64,000 nucleotides of DNA from Octopus sinensis. Lineage: Eukaryota. The stretch is from NCBI RefSeq assembly GCF_006345805.1, contig NC_043001.1:64480001-64544000 (forward strand), given 5' to 3'. Both the position numbers and the translations under genes were made by a program. Positions 1-12,330 of the stretch are shown here, one piece after another; positions within the stretch are counted from its first letter, which is position 1, and every line of letters begins with the position of its first letter. Under the pieces are notes generated by a model. That model was not told where the DNA came from. It did not search any database and worked only from the letters and a program-made list of their open reading frames with translations.

Positions 1-943
1 TGTGCAAGGGAGACGATTGCGCTGGTATGGTCATGTGGTGAGAATGGATGAATATAGGTGTGTGAGAAAGTGCCAATCCCTAGCAGTTGAGGGAACCCGT
101 GGAAGAGGTAGACCCAGGAAAACCTGGGACGAGGTGATGAAGCACAACCTTCGAACGTTAGGTCTCACCATGGAAATGACTAGAGACCGAGACCTATGGA
201 AGTATGCTGTGCGTGAGAAGACCCGGCAAGACTAGTGAAGCCATAGCCCGTGGCCCCTACCTGGGACGTAGTCAGTCCACCTGTGCATACCTTCCTTCTT
301 GTGACACTTGTGAAGACCTGTTGAGGCAAGTGAAAATCAAACCAAATCAAAATAGATGAACATTAATGGAATTTGTATCTTTGTGGTACCAGTGCCGGTG
401 GCACATAAGAAAACCATCCGAACGTGGCCGTAGCCAGTACCGCATCGACTGGCCGCCGTACTGTGGGCACGTAACAAACACCATCCGATCGTGGCCGTTC
501 GCCAGCCTCGTCTGGCACCTGTGTTGGTGGCACATAAAAAACACCATCCGAGCGTGGCCGTCTGCCAGCCTCGTCTGGCACCTGTGTCGGTGGCACATAA
601 AAAACACCATCCGAGCGTGGCCATCTGCCAGCCTCGTCTGGCGCCTGTGTCGGTGGCACATAAAAAACACCATCCGAGCGTGGCCGTCTGCCAGCCTCGT
701 CTGGCACCTGTGTCGGTGGCACATAAAAAACACCATCCGAGCGTGGCCGTTCGCCAGCCTCGTCTGGCACCTGTGTCGGTGGCACATAAAATCACCCACT
801 ACACTCTCGGAGTGGTTGGCGTTAGGAAGGCCATCCAGCTGTAGAAACACTGCCAGATCTGACTGACCTGGTGCAGCCTTCGGGCTCCCCAGACCCCAGT
901 TGAACCGTCCAATCCATGCTAGCATGGAAAGCGGACGTTAAAC

Positions 944-975
<32 letters not shown>
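1..975 (+). mobile_element. RTE-clade LINE 3' end (ORF C-terminus, 3' UTR, (GAT)n tail)
   Basis: ORF 2-235 RRLRWYGHVVRM...RGRGRPRKTWDEV is a typical RTE C-terminus. The 3' UTR ends ...ggaaagcggacgttaaac followed by (gat)n to about 975, directly abutting Gypsy gag. Confidence 0.9.
402..790 (+). repeat. 63-bp tandem repeat inside the RTE 3' UTR (5 near-identical units plus 1 diverged)
   Basis: Unit starts (cacataaaaaacaccatccg) at 468, 531, 594, 657, 720 and a partial at 783; period 63; diverged unit 402-467. Confidence 0.95.
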
Positions 976-976
<1 letters not shown>

Positions 977-1852
977 ATCATCTTCTACTCTATATCAATC
1001 TGAACATTCTGTGGTGCAGTTGCAACAACAACAATCCCAACAGTTGCTGGAATTAATGTTGAAGAAGTTGGAAAATACTGCAGGTTCTTACCTGCCAGAC
1101 AGTGTAGCAAATTCAATTGAAGAATTCATCTATAAGCCAAAAGAAGGGATTACTTTCTCTGCATATTTTTGAAAATACAAAGAAATTGTCAAAGAAGAAT
1201 GTAAAAATTGGTCTGATGAGAAAAAAGTACGACTACTTTTAAGAAAGTCATCCCCTGTTGAATGCAAAAAATATAGTAATTATATTCTGCCAAAGTAAAC
1301 CAGGTGAGATACATTTCAATGAAACAATTTTTTATCGAAAATTTTCAGTGAAAGAAGTTCCCTGTTTAATACTTGCTGGCAATATTTAAATTTGGTCAGA
1401 AAAGATGATGAAGATTTCATCACCTATGCTGGGGTTGTTAACAGAGAGTGTGAAAAATTCAAATTAAATAAATTAACACCAGACATGTTCAAATGTTTAA
1501 TTTTTGTTCAAGGGCTAACTGCAAGCAAAGATGCAGATATACATTCCCAGATATTAACAAAATTAGAACAGGACCAAGACTTTACTCTACAGACAATAGC
1601 AGAATAATGCCAGAGGATTATAAATCTAAGACATGACACAGTTAAAATTAAAGAAAAAGATTGCTCACAAATTCATGCATATTGACCAGTAACGGATAAG
1701 AAAAAAGAGAAAAAATGTCAAAACCAAATCCATGTTTACATTTTAAAGGTAACTGTGTTTAAAAATACAAAAACCTTTCAGTGTGGTAAGATAGGTCATA
1801 AAAAATCGCACTGTAAAACAAAACCTGAAAAACTGTTCAACAGAAAATTCAT

Positions 1853-2450
1853 ATATTATTTACATTTGGTGGATATTTGTCCTCATCTTGTTTGTTGTTA
1901 ACACAACGTTCGGCTGTCTTGGGAAAATTTCAAACCTGGGTTCTCATTCCTAAGGTATTTTTCGATGTTGTTGTTATTATTATTCAAGTCACTGCTTGTA
2001 ATTGAACTTGGAATCTTGGGGTGAGTAGTCTGTGCTCTTAACCACTATGCCCATGGGCAATTATGGAGTGAATTTTAGGGCTTATAAATTTAATATTTTT
2101 CTATCCTTCCTTAATACCAATTCCCATATGCTGCTCATATCTGTACTTGGTCTGCTTAGGAGACCGAGTTCAAATAAAGAGAGGGATTGCTCAGTGCCTA
2201 AAACATCGTGCAAAGAATATAAGTAGCAATCGTGATACACACCACGAAGAAATGATCAAGCTCAATAACGATCAGTTAAGCAACAACTACCCCAAAAGTA
2301 TACTATCCACTTCAATTAGGAATGAGAACCCAGGTTCGAAATTTCCCCAAGACACCTGATGAAGGTTGGTATTAACAACAAACAAGATGAGGACAAATAT
2401 CCATCGAATGTAAATAATGTACATAATTCCTCATCTCTTAAATATAGAAC
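1853..2450. mobile_element. Non-autonomous Penelope-like element derivative with inverted pLTR-like ends, inserted in Gypsy
   Basis: Inverted copies of taggaatgagaacccaggtt...aagaca and ttaacaacaaacaagatgaggacaaatatcc at both ends. Internal frame IKRGIAQCLKHRAKNISS...NNYPKSIL resembles the PLE RT thumb. Hammerhead halves at 1901-1916 (-) and 2352-2369 (+). Confidence 0.65.
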
Positions 2451-3522
2451 TGTAAGAAAAAATCATGTAAATAGGTTACAAATGAGCCTCAGTGGAAATT
2501 TGTGTATGCAAAAATTAGTAACAAACATAAAGTCACAACTGGATACAGATAGTGATATCTCAATAATTAACACAGATACATGAAAAAAAGATCAAGAGAC
2601 CTTGATTAAAAGAAACTTCAAAAACCATGTGGTGTTTCAGGAAAAGCATTACGTTTCAAGGGCAAAATGTTAAGTGACGTTACATTTTGCGGAAAAACCT
2701 TAAAAACCAAAGTTTCTTCTGTTGAATGATATGACAGATTTATTCAGAACAAACTGGATGGAATTATTTAACTTATGGGACCTCCCCATGAATCTTTTCT
2801 ATAAATATGTGTATGGTTTTTCTGCCACTACAAAGAAGTCAGACAAATTTTTTAAAAAATCAAAAATGATTTTTTTCTGTGGTTCTATCTTATGAATTAG
2901 GTCTGTACACCAAAATAAAGGCAAAGTTTCAAGTAAAAAAAAATGCTATACTGGTATTTAAACCCAAACAAATTGTACTGTTTACAGCATTAGAACAGAT
3001 AAACTTAGATTTAGAGAGACTAGAAAAGATTGGAGTTATCCAAAAAGTGGAATATAGTTAATGGGCATCTCCAACCATGTATGTTAAGAAAAAGAATAAT
3101 AAAATCAGGGTATGTGCTGATTTTCCCACTGGTGTAAATGAATGTCTTAAACCATTCCACTATCTGCTACCTACTCTGGAGGACATATTTGCAAAATTAA
3201 ACAGTGGCAAGATATTTTCTAAATCATTGATCGAAAAAGATCTGTTGAGGGCAGACACAATTAAAAATATGCTCCCTCTGACAAATATTGTGACCTTACA
3301 AGCTTTTTTGGGACTAGTAAATTATAACCAAAATTGTATTCCAAATATGCATAAGGTAAGGGTTCCACTAGATAATTTATCAAAAATAGATGTAAAGTGG
3401 AATTGGTCTTAAAATTGGCAGAAGGCGTTAGACAAAATTAAAACAAATATCAACATTTGATTTGTTGTAGCTTCAGATGCTCTGAGTATGGTATTGGAGC
3501 AGTAATGCTACATAAATATAAG

Positions 3523-4709
3523 TTTCTTTATTGGCCACACAGGGCTGCACACAGATGGGACAAGTTACAAGGTAGAGCTTTTCTTTTGGGGGAGAAAAAA
3601 AAAAAGGTGGCATAGGTTTTCGATCAAAAGGGATCGTAAAAGGGAAAAAAGAACAGAAAAAAGAAAAAAAGGAAAAGAAAAAAGGGAAAAGGAACAAAAG
3701 AAAAATGAAAAAAGAGGAAAAAAGGGAAGAGGAAAAAAAAACGATCAATAGGGATCGTGTATCACAGTGTCATGATGTATGGTGTAAAGGGGAAAGCAAG
3801 TAAGGTTTATCCGTGGGAAGAAAAGCCTACGAAAAAGACTACGGTAACCTTGGTCAATATTGTTATATGTTACCACATTTGTTTGCAAGTGGGTAACCCT
3901 CTGTTTTCAATTTCTGGGTTCATAGGATTATGCTCAAGGTGACTTCGTCATTCATACGTGCCATCCTTGATACATTCACCCATCTTTTTTTAAAACGTTC
4001 GCTAGACAAAACTTGCCTCTCTACTCTCACTTTCCTTTTCAAGTGGTACTTGAAGAAGTTGATGAGAGGTTGACCAGAGAGGAAAGTGTTTGTCTCCAAT
4101 CCTTTCAGACGCGTCCACCAGATACATTCTTTCGCCATAGCCACAAGGATGATGAAAATAGCTCTTCCTTCCCGTTTGAAGGAAGGATGCGTGACAATAT
4201 TGACGATAGACTCAGCTGATAAACCGACCCGTCCCACACGTGACAGCAGTTGTTCGACATAAGCCCACAGGTCGGAAATTGTTGGACACTGCTCGAGTGC
4301 GTGCAGAATGGTTTCGTCGCTCTGACCGCATCTCGGGCAGGTCAGCCCCGTGTTTCTCGAGCCGTGTCTGTAGAGCTTATCCCGAACGGGTAGTGCTTCT
4401 CGGTAGCACTGCCAGGCCAGGGATCTCTGGAAATTGTCCATGGGTCCTGGCCCGAAAGTTGTCCCGAACAGGCGGGTCAGGTATTCCTCATCGACGTCTA
4501 GGTTCGCCCCGAGCTCGTCGTCGTACCTCCCCTCCACTAATCCCCTATAGAATGCTTTGGTTGTGATGGAGTCACTCAAGGGTGACCCAGGACGGCAGAG
4601 TTGCTTGAGAGCAACGCGACACTCGCGGTGCCATTCGCCCTTCCTTGGCCTCTTTTTGATCCATGATTGCAGTTCGGTCATGGAGACGAGCTGCGGGAAA
4701 GCGTGCCTA
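3523..4709 (-). mobile_element. Tx1/L1-like LINE 3' fragment inserted in the Gypsy RNase H region
   Basis: ORF 3920-4720 with a zf-RVT-like motif (LPVRDKL...CPRCGQSDETILHALEQC), T-rich 3' UTR, end ...gtggccAATAAAgaaa at 3523. The Gypsy frame reads GIGAVMLHKY before and DGNMKAVVHAS after. Confidence 0.8.
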
Positions 4710-6650
4710 GATGGTAACATGAAGGCTGTGGTTCATGCCTCACATTCTCTGTTATCAGCTGAAAAAAATTACAGCCAAATCAAAAAAGAGACTCTAGCAA
4801 TTATTTTTGACTTTTGCATGGTAGAAGTTTTCAACTACAGACTTATCTACATATGAGTCGAAGAAAGGAATCCCTACCCATACTGTTGATAGGTTGCAAT
4901 GCTGGGGTACTATATTATTAAACTATGATTTTAAGATGGAATATATACCATCTAAGAAATTAGGACATGCTGCTTGTTTATCAAGACTGATTTCAAAAAA
5001 TGCTGAACCATTTGAAGATACCGTGATTGCTGCTCTGTGAGCAGAAAATGAATCAAAGCCATTCTCAATGTGTGACAATGTGTTGATATGTGCACAAAAA
5101 GTTATAGTGCATGCCACACTAAAGGAATTTCATATTGGTTTCCCAGGGATTTCAAGAATGAAATAGTTAATGAGAAGTTATGTATATTGGCCAACAATGG
5201 ACTGTGACATTGAAGAAATAGTGAAAGCATGCAGAGGGTGTACCCTAGCTGCAAAAGCACTTACCACTAAATGGCAATTGTGGCCAAAAACAGATATTCC
5301 ATGGTCTAGACTGCATGTTGATTATGCAAGTCCACTTAAGAGTTCATATTACCTTGTGGTGGTAGACAGTTTTTCAAAGTGGCCTGAAGTGTATAAGTGT
5401 AAAAAGCCAACATCTGAAGTTACAGTAAGTTTTTTACATGAATTGTTTGCCAGATATGATACTTCTGATATCATTGTGTCTGATAATGGAAATCAATTTA
5501 CTTCAGACGAGTTCAGAAAATTTTGTAAAATGTTTGTTATCAAACATGTGACCACTCCGTCATATCATCCTAAGTCAAATGGACAAGTGGAACATTTTAT
5601 TGACACTTTTAAGAGGGCATTAAAAAAGGTGAACAATGAAGAAATGGACGACCTTGCACTTAAACAATTCCTAAGATTGTACCAATTAACACCTTATCCA
5701 AATACCCCATCTGAAATGTCACCCACAGAATTGATGTTTGCTAGAAAGACCAGATCTATTTTTAATAAGCTGATACTGTTATAAGAATGTATTTTTCTGA
5801 ATTATAATATTGTAATAATTTAGTTTTAGTTATCTCTGGGTCGAAAATGTTTAGCCCATTGGTTGGTTTTGAACCATTGAAGTCACTATATATATATTCT
5901 CAAAGAAAAAAAGGAAAATAGTTGCTTTAGAGTTATCTCCTCTTTGCTTCCCTCGGCTTGGAGAAATCTCTACTTTAGGTGAGCAGATTCTTGCATTTGG
6001 AAGAGAGACAATGATGTGGTGTACCCTTACTAGATTATTCTGGAGGTGCCTTAAAGTATAAAAGACAGTGGCTGAAAGGTGAAGAATGACTTCGGTATTA
6101 TACTGCTGTCAAAACCACACTCACTGCCAAGACAATTTGTCGACCGTCATCAATACTTTTTGGATTCATGACTCTGGTGACTATTTTGCTTTGTCCAATA
6201 TTTGACTATTGACCCAATTATTTTGTATCAACTCTGTACTGCTGTTTTTGTAAACTTTATCATATTTTTCAATATATAACTGAATTGTACAGATCCGTTT
6301 GCTTTACTTGCTAGTTTCAATTGGGGACTGCTTCCTTGTCATGCAGTAACTGTAACAATACTGAGTGAAAATAGAAAAAAGGTGAACAACAAATGTACTT
6401 CAAAATTCTTCAAGTTAGGTGACAAAGTTCTTTTTAAAACCTATAGATATGGTAAAGAAAACTGGGAGGATGGTATAATCATTAAACAAATTGGAAGAAT
6501 GTTATTTCTGGTAAAAGGAAAAATGTTGAACATAAATGACATTAACCAACTTAAAAAAAGATTCATGGAAAAAACGGTCATAAGAAATGAATTCCTCATG
6601 GAAGTATTGCATGACATTCTAGCACCAGAAAACAGAAAAGAAGTCAAACA

Positions 6651-8398
6651 TGGTGTACCATGCTTGTTGTTTGTTGAAGTTGTTGTTACTGTTTTGACTT
6701 ATGAGTTTGTTGATTTGTGTTTTTCTTTTCATTTATGGGAGAACCTGAGAAGAGAAATGGAGGCTGGACCAGCAAAAGGCTACAGTTATGTGGCAGCAAC
6801 TGGCAGAGGAGTGGATGTGGATGCTTTGGAGATTCGCGAGGTAAAGATAGAACCGAAAAAGCTAAAAGAATGCAGGAAGTTACTGGAAAAAGAAGGCCAT
6901 AACCTAAAATTGATGCCACTAGATGAACTAACAAACAGAGTAAAGAAGAGAACAGTGATATATAAAACACTGAAAGTGTCATCTCGAAAAATAGAAATAG
7001 CAACTATAGAAGATATTGAAAAGTGTCTAAAAGTGTCACCACTTTCATAACAAGAGGAAGAAGATATGGCACATTAGAGGTGTGATTCGCAATCGAAGAA
7101 GAAGTGATAAAGCACTCCACTGAAGCCATAAAGACAGAAGAGTGGGTTCTTTTGCCAACATACTGTGGCAAGCATGTTGCCAGAGTGAGAGTGGGAAAAG
7201 TACCACCAGAATTAAATGAAACATGGTTAGTTGCAGCAATTATGTTCAACATGGAGGAAGACTCAAAAATATTGAGAGTAACGAGAACTAAAAGGTTGAA
7301 TTAATGGGAGTATAGCATAGGGATAGCTATATGGGCAAGTTTAAGTGGCTTGAACAAAACTGTGGAGGAAATAATTCTACCTGAAGATGTGAGACTGAGA
7401 GTGGTAGTGGAGGGTTCCCATATGCTACTTGTGTGGCGAGAAAGGCCATATGAAGGTGAAGTGTCCCCAGAGAGAAGAGAAGGAACAGTCTGAGGATTGA
7501 CGAAGTGATACAGGATGATGAGAAAGAGACAGCAATAACAGAAAAATTTACGTTAAAAAACGAAAGAGGCAAGAAAGAGTAAGCTCTCCGCCGTAGAGGC
7601 AGAAAAAGAAAAGAGAAGTAGATAAGGAGATCATGAAGGAGGTTGAAAAGGAGGTCAAGAAGGAGGTTGAGAAAGAGGTTGGGGAGGAGCTTGAGAAAAA
7701 GGAGACAGTAGCAAGGGTACTAGCAATTCCAGTGGAGGAGGAAGTTTTAGGCGATGTAGAAAGACAACAGCATGAAGAAACAATGACACTAACCAAAATG
7801 GAGGAGGATAAAGTCAGAGAGAAGGTGTCAAGAGTGGAGCAAGGTAAAGGCAAACAAGCGAGAAGGCCAAGAAAACACAGATGGAATTTCGTTACATATG
7901 CTAAGAGCACAGCAACTGAAAGAATGATAATGAAGTTTAATTCTGTTATAAGGGTTAAGTTGCCTACAGATACGTATGGAGAAAATGTGAAAGTCATTGT
8001 AATTGATAAAGACAGATACAACAGGTTGAAGGAAATGTGTAACATTGATCCGCCGAGATTTGTAGTGGAGTTTGACGAACTACTGCCAGTAGTGGAATTA
8101 AGAGAGCTGAAACCATTTGTAAAATATTTTTAAAAAAAGTAAAAATGTGGTAAAAAAAGAGGACAAAAGCAATGCTAATGGAGAAAAAATAAGGAAAAGA
8201 AAGATTATAAACTATGAGTAAAAACGTTGAAATGGTGCTGCATGAGAGTGGGGCTCATGCAGCCATTTCATTTTTCATTTTTATATAACATTTTTCTCAT
8301 TATTCATTCATTTTATGTTTTTTGTCCCCACAGTGGCATTCTGTCTGTCCTTGTGCTGTCCCCTCTTTATGAAAGCCTGAGTGCTTAATAAAAGAATT
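6651..8398 (+). mobile_element. Degenerate ORF1-only (gag-like) Tx1/L1-type non-autonomous retroelement
   Basis: Broken frame 6757-8133 with CCHC knuckle CYLCGEKGHMKVKCP (about 7424-7468) and a Glu/Lys-rich tail. No endonuclease or RT before a 3' end at about 8342-8397 that resembles the Tx1 tail at 3523-3572. Confidence 0.6.
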
Positions 8399-10095
8399 CA
8401 AGTAGTTCACTGTGAACCATTGGCAGAACAGTAATCGTAGGCATTGTGTAAATACTTTCTTTCCCCCTGCTTTGTTAAATTATTTATCCAACACCAGGAT
8501 ATAAAAAAGGGCAAGCAAGTGGAACAGAATTTTTTATAAAGGATGATAACTTTGATCCAAATCAAGATTTAGTGTTAAGTTTTGTGAATATTTTACAGCC
8601 TAAGTTTTCATTAATATTTGCAATGGGACTTATTTCCGATTTGGAAAATATCCTTACTTTTCTCCTCATTTTGGGAATACAAAGTATTCCATAGCTAGAC
8701 AGCATTAAACTTTGGTATGTCTACCTTTCTTTTTCTACTTAATACATTTATGAGTGAAACTGTACACTCTTCCTGGTAAAAAAGTGGTAGTAGTCAGCCA
8801 TTATAAATAGACAAGTAGCTGGTCATCAACAGGAAGGTCAGAAAGTTGAGAGTACATGTAAACTGTGTTGGTGGTCGTGTCTGTGTTGATATAGTAATTA
8901 TACTGTGATACTGAGTGGATGTTATAACATCCAACCTTCTGAGAATAATAACACCTGGGGGTTGTACAGTGCCAGATAGAACCATTCTATCAACGACTTC
9001 AGAATACAACAATATCTGTCAGAGCGACAACTGTTGTCAAAAGACAGATACAACAGTGGCAAGAGACCGCTTTACAACACTTTCTTAGATTGGACATGTG
9101 AAAGGTATCTTTAGCTACTAAGCTTTTTAAAAATAAAATTTTCTTTATAAATAGTCAGGGACAGTTGAAGCAGGTATCAACAGCTTTAAAATATGAAAGG
9201 ATTATTTTTTTTAATTATTTTTTGGTGGGTTAGTTCTATTATAACATATATGATTACACTGTAGCAATTTTCTCACCTAAAAGCTGGCTGTTGTAAAAAG
9301 TTAAAAATCATAAAATGTACAAAATGGCAGAAAACAGTACACAGCTTTAAATTATTTTCAAATATAATCAGCACTTATTTTGTATTCTTAAGAATACACT
9401 CGTCAAAAGTAATACAAGTCTTTCATACTTTTCATCTTACTTAACTCCCAATCTGGTTAGAAACTAGAGATGTTAATGAAATGGAGTTCATCCAGTATAT
9501 AAATAATGAATTTGTATGAAACTTGCTGATGGGATGTAGTAATTGTTGGTGTAAATTGTCGGTGTGGCTTTTTTACTTGTTGATCTTTGCCTGTTGTCAT
9601 GTTGCTGTTAATTGTTCAAACAAATTGAATACAGTTAAGTTGATTACACTGCACATAGGTGTTTTTGCATATTTTTGCAAGTTATTGATTTCCTTGAATT
9701 TATGTTCAAATAGTCTCTGTAACTTTGAAGCTGTACAACTATCATCAGAAGAGGCATTCTGAGCTATGCTTTCATCTCCTCCATTGATGTAAGGAAGGTG
9801 GCATTGCTCTGCTGACATGCATACCTTGTGGACTCATCATTCATTGTGATAAAGATTTCTTCAGGAAAAAAAATGTTAAAGAAACATGCAACAAGCTTTG
9901 CTTCTAAGTTTAAATTTTTTGTAAAGCTTACATTAATAACAAAATCATTGATGCAATGATTAGCTTCATGATCCCTCCACTCTGATATGAATTCCTGTCA
10001 CAATCACTTAGACTACTGGTATGTATAGATGACATTGAAATATCACTGATTATTTTCTCCTAATCCAAGCTCTCTTTACCTAATTGAATAATTAA

Positions 10096-10975
10096 TCTCT
10101 TATTATAAAAGGCAGATTTTATCTGCCTCCCTTTGTCTCTTATAGAAATCTACAATATAGGATTTCTTCAATTACAATTTACCTAGCATTTTTAAGAGTA
10201 GAATAAATCGGGTCGTGCCAGGTCCAGTTTTTAAAATTTCAACCCCAATTAAGCAAAATTTAGAGAAAACTCACATTGTGGTGTGTAAGTCAAGTGCTTT
10301 TCTTAGTGTGGGCTACAGCACACGCACACACACACACACACACACAAAAACGGAGCGATCTGCTTCACTCACGCTATCACCCTAATTTCTACTCCTTTCT
10401 CTTTGCAAGTGTGCGACGATTAAAGTGAAACTATTTCTATAAAACAAGAGAAGTGTACCTTAAACCACTACTAAAAAAAAAAACACAGCAAACAGAAACA
10501 AATAAATACATAACGATTTACTCCTCACACAATTTCTTCAATTAGAGTTTACCTATGATTTTTCAAAGTACTTCCATTCGGTCATGCCATACAAAATTTC
10601 TTTCAATTTCACCCCCAATTAAGACAAAATTTGAGAAAACTCAATATTTTAACATTTCACTCTGAAAGCATTGATGTACATGTGTGCGTGCGTGAGTGTG
10701 TGTGTGTGTGTGTGTGTGTCATTCCTCACACACACGCATACACATACATATATGACAGTGACAAACACAAACGTTTCAAACAACTACATATAAACACGTG
10801 TGTGTTTGTTATTAGTAAAAAAGGCGCCAAACACAACTCACTTCTCATTCGAACATATTTGCAAAAACTCACCGACGGTTGAATTGCCATAACAATACAG
10901 AAAAGGTAAATTGGTTTTTAATTTACTTTCTATTGTTAAATTTTGGTAGTATTAATTGGCGAGCCGAGCTTCTTT
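10096..10975 (+). mobile_element. Helitron-like non-autonomous element (5' portion); inverted copy of its 5' end at about 13010-13259
   Basis: Starts a|TCTCTTATTATAAAAGGCAG; about 250 bp recur reverse-complemented ending at 13259. No 3' CTAG end identified. Confidence 0.5.
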
Positions 10976-10996
10976 CAGTATATATTTATACATACA

Positions 10997-11840
10997 CTAG
11001 CAGAATTGCCCGGCGTTGCTCGGGGCTGAATTGCTTGAAAGTACTGTTAATGATTGCACTGAATTATGATGATTATTCAGGCAAATATTGATATAAGCTT
11101 ACGGTGGGAGATAAGGACTTAACAATCAAACGTGTGCCATTGCATTGTTTTGGGGGAACCAAATTTCTGATGAGCATTATAGGGGCACCAACTTTAAGTT
11201 TGAGAAAGTGTGGTGGTAGTCCGGGGTGCTCAAAGGAATTGAGTACCTCTATTGGATAGTTCATGACGTCCTCTGGGTCAGGAGTTGTATCGATAGACTG
11301 ATATACATAGACTTCCCCAGGAATGAGTTTTAGCATTTCATCATTAATATGGTGAAGAGTTTTATTCCTCGGGGCCAGTATAGCCTTTTTGCCAATCCAA
11401 TCCATATTCTGATAATTAGCTTGTAGATCTGGGAACACTGCATCTCTGAGATCAGAAGGCGTCTTAACAATGGTACAAATGGAATCGATGGCAATATTAC
11501 CATTTTCATCCCCTGGTATTTTGCCTTCACCAAGTGCAAGGAGGGTGTGAGGAAATGCTGCTGATGTGATATTACGTCGCATATGAGCATGCATATTGGT
11601 GTGAAGTTTGAGAGTTACTTCCGTTTATTTTAAAAAATATGCATTAAAATGGAAAAAAATGATGGTAAATTATTTGTAAAAATCATAGACTCATCATAGA
11701 CGCGCGCTAATACCCAGAAGGGCTCGATATGAATCACGACTATAAGATACCCGGTTTTGGTTAAACTGCATCGCAAAATGTGGGAGTAGTTAGGAATCTA
11801 AATCGGAGTAGACAGACACAGCCTTTCTTTTATATATAAA
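10997..11840 (-). mobile_element. Internally deleted Helitron with PIF1-type helicase fragment
   Basis: ORF 11073-11594 KAILAPRN...GLPPHFLKLKVGAPIMLIRNL...CNGTRLIV; 3' hairpin ccgagcaacgccggg plus CTAG at 10997; 5' end shared with the 13516 copy. Confidence 0.9.
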
Positions 11841-11844
11841 TATT

Positions 11845-12330
11845 TTTGTCCTAAAAAACTTTGTATGGATTGAATGGTTACCTCTATGGAAATATATACA
11901 CGCACATTATACATGCATGTGTGTATAGATGAATATATAAATACATTTAAATATCTATATACACTTTTGGGCGATCTTTCTGTTTCTTAGAGATAACTTT
12001 AGATCTTATTTTCGTGCTAAAAAACTTTGTATGGAGTGAATGGTTACCTCTATGGAAATATATACACACACGTTATACATACATGTGTGCATAGATGAAT
12101 ATATAAATACATTTATATATCTATATACACTTTTGGGCGATCTCTGTGCTACTTAGAGATAACTTTAGATCTTATTTTCGTCCTAAAAAACTTTGTGCGG
12201 AGTGAATGGTTACGTGTATGGAAATATATACACACACATTATACATACATCTGTGTATAGATGAATATATAAATACATTTAAATATCTATATACGCTTTT
12301 GGGCGATCTTTCTGCTACTTGGATATAGGG
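11845..12330 (+). repeat. 166-bp tandem repeat, about 3 copies
   Basis: ctaaaaaactttgt recurs at 11851, 12017, 12183. Confidence 0.9.

Larger units (their letters stand above)
976..6650 (+). mobile_element. Degenerate Gypsy/Ty3 LTR retrotransposon gag-pol, interrupted by several insertions
   Basis: Gag fragments, CCHC remnant CGKIGHKKSHC (about 1780-1815), protease QLDTDSDISII (about 2535), RT VKKKNNKIRVCADF (about 3080), RNase H AEKNYSQIKKETLAIIF (about 4780), integrase PWSRLHVDYA...VSDNGNQF...SNGQVE (5170-5784), C-terminal fragment at 6382-6650. Many stops and frameshifts; no LTR recognised. Confidence 0.9.

Noticed and set aside
337-925. Five overlapping ORFs with 21-aa repeats, or a CRISPR-like array
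   Set aside because: Product of the 63-bp tandem (a multiple of 3); there are no unique spacers, so it is not CRISPR.
945-975. Poly-Met ORF start
   Set aside because: It is the (GAT)n tail of the RTE.
6100-6145. Possible decayed hammerhead (ctgtcaa...gacaatttgtc)
   Set aside because: Too many core changes to support.
8480-9110. Exon-like non-repetitive sequence with GT donors at about 8714 and 9105
   Set aside because: No frame gives a recognisable protein and most have stops; no HORMAD similarity.
9824-9857. Possible 34-nt minus-strand exon (IFITMNDEST)
   Set aside because: Splice-like signals only; no homology or partner exon.
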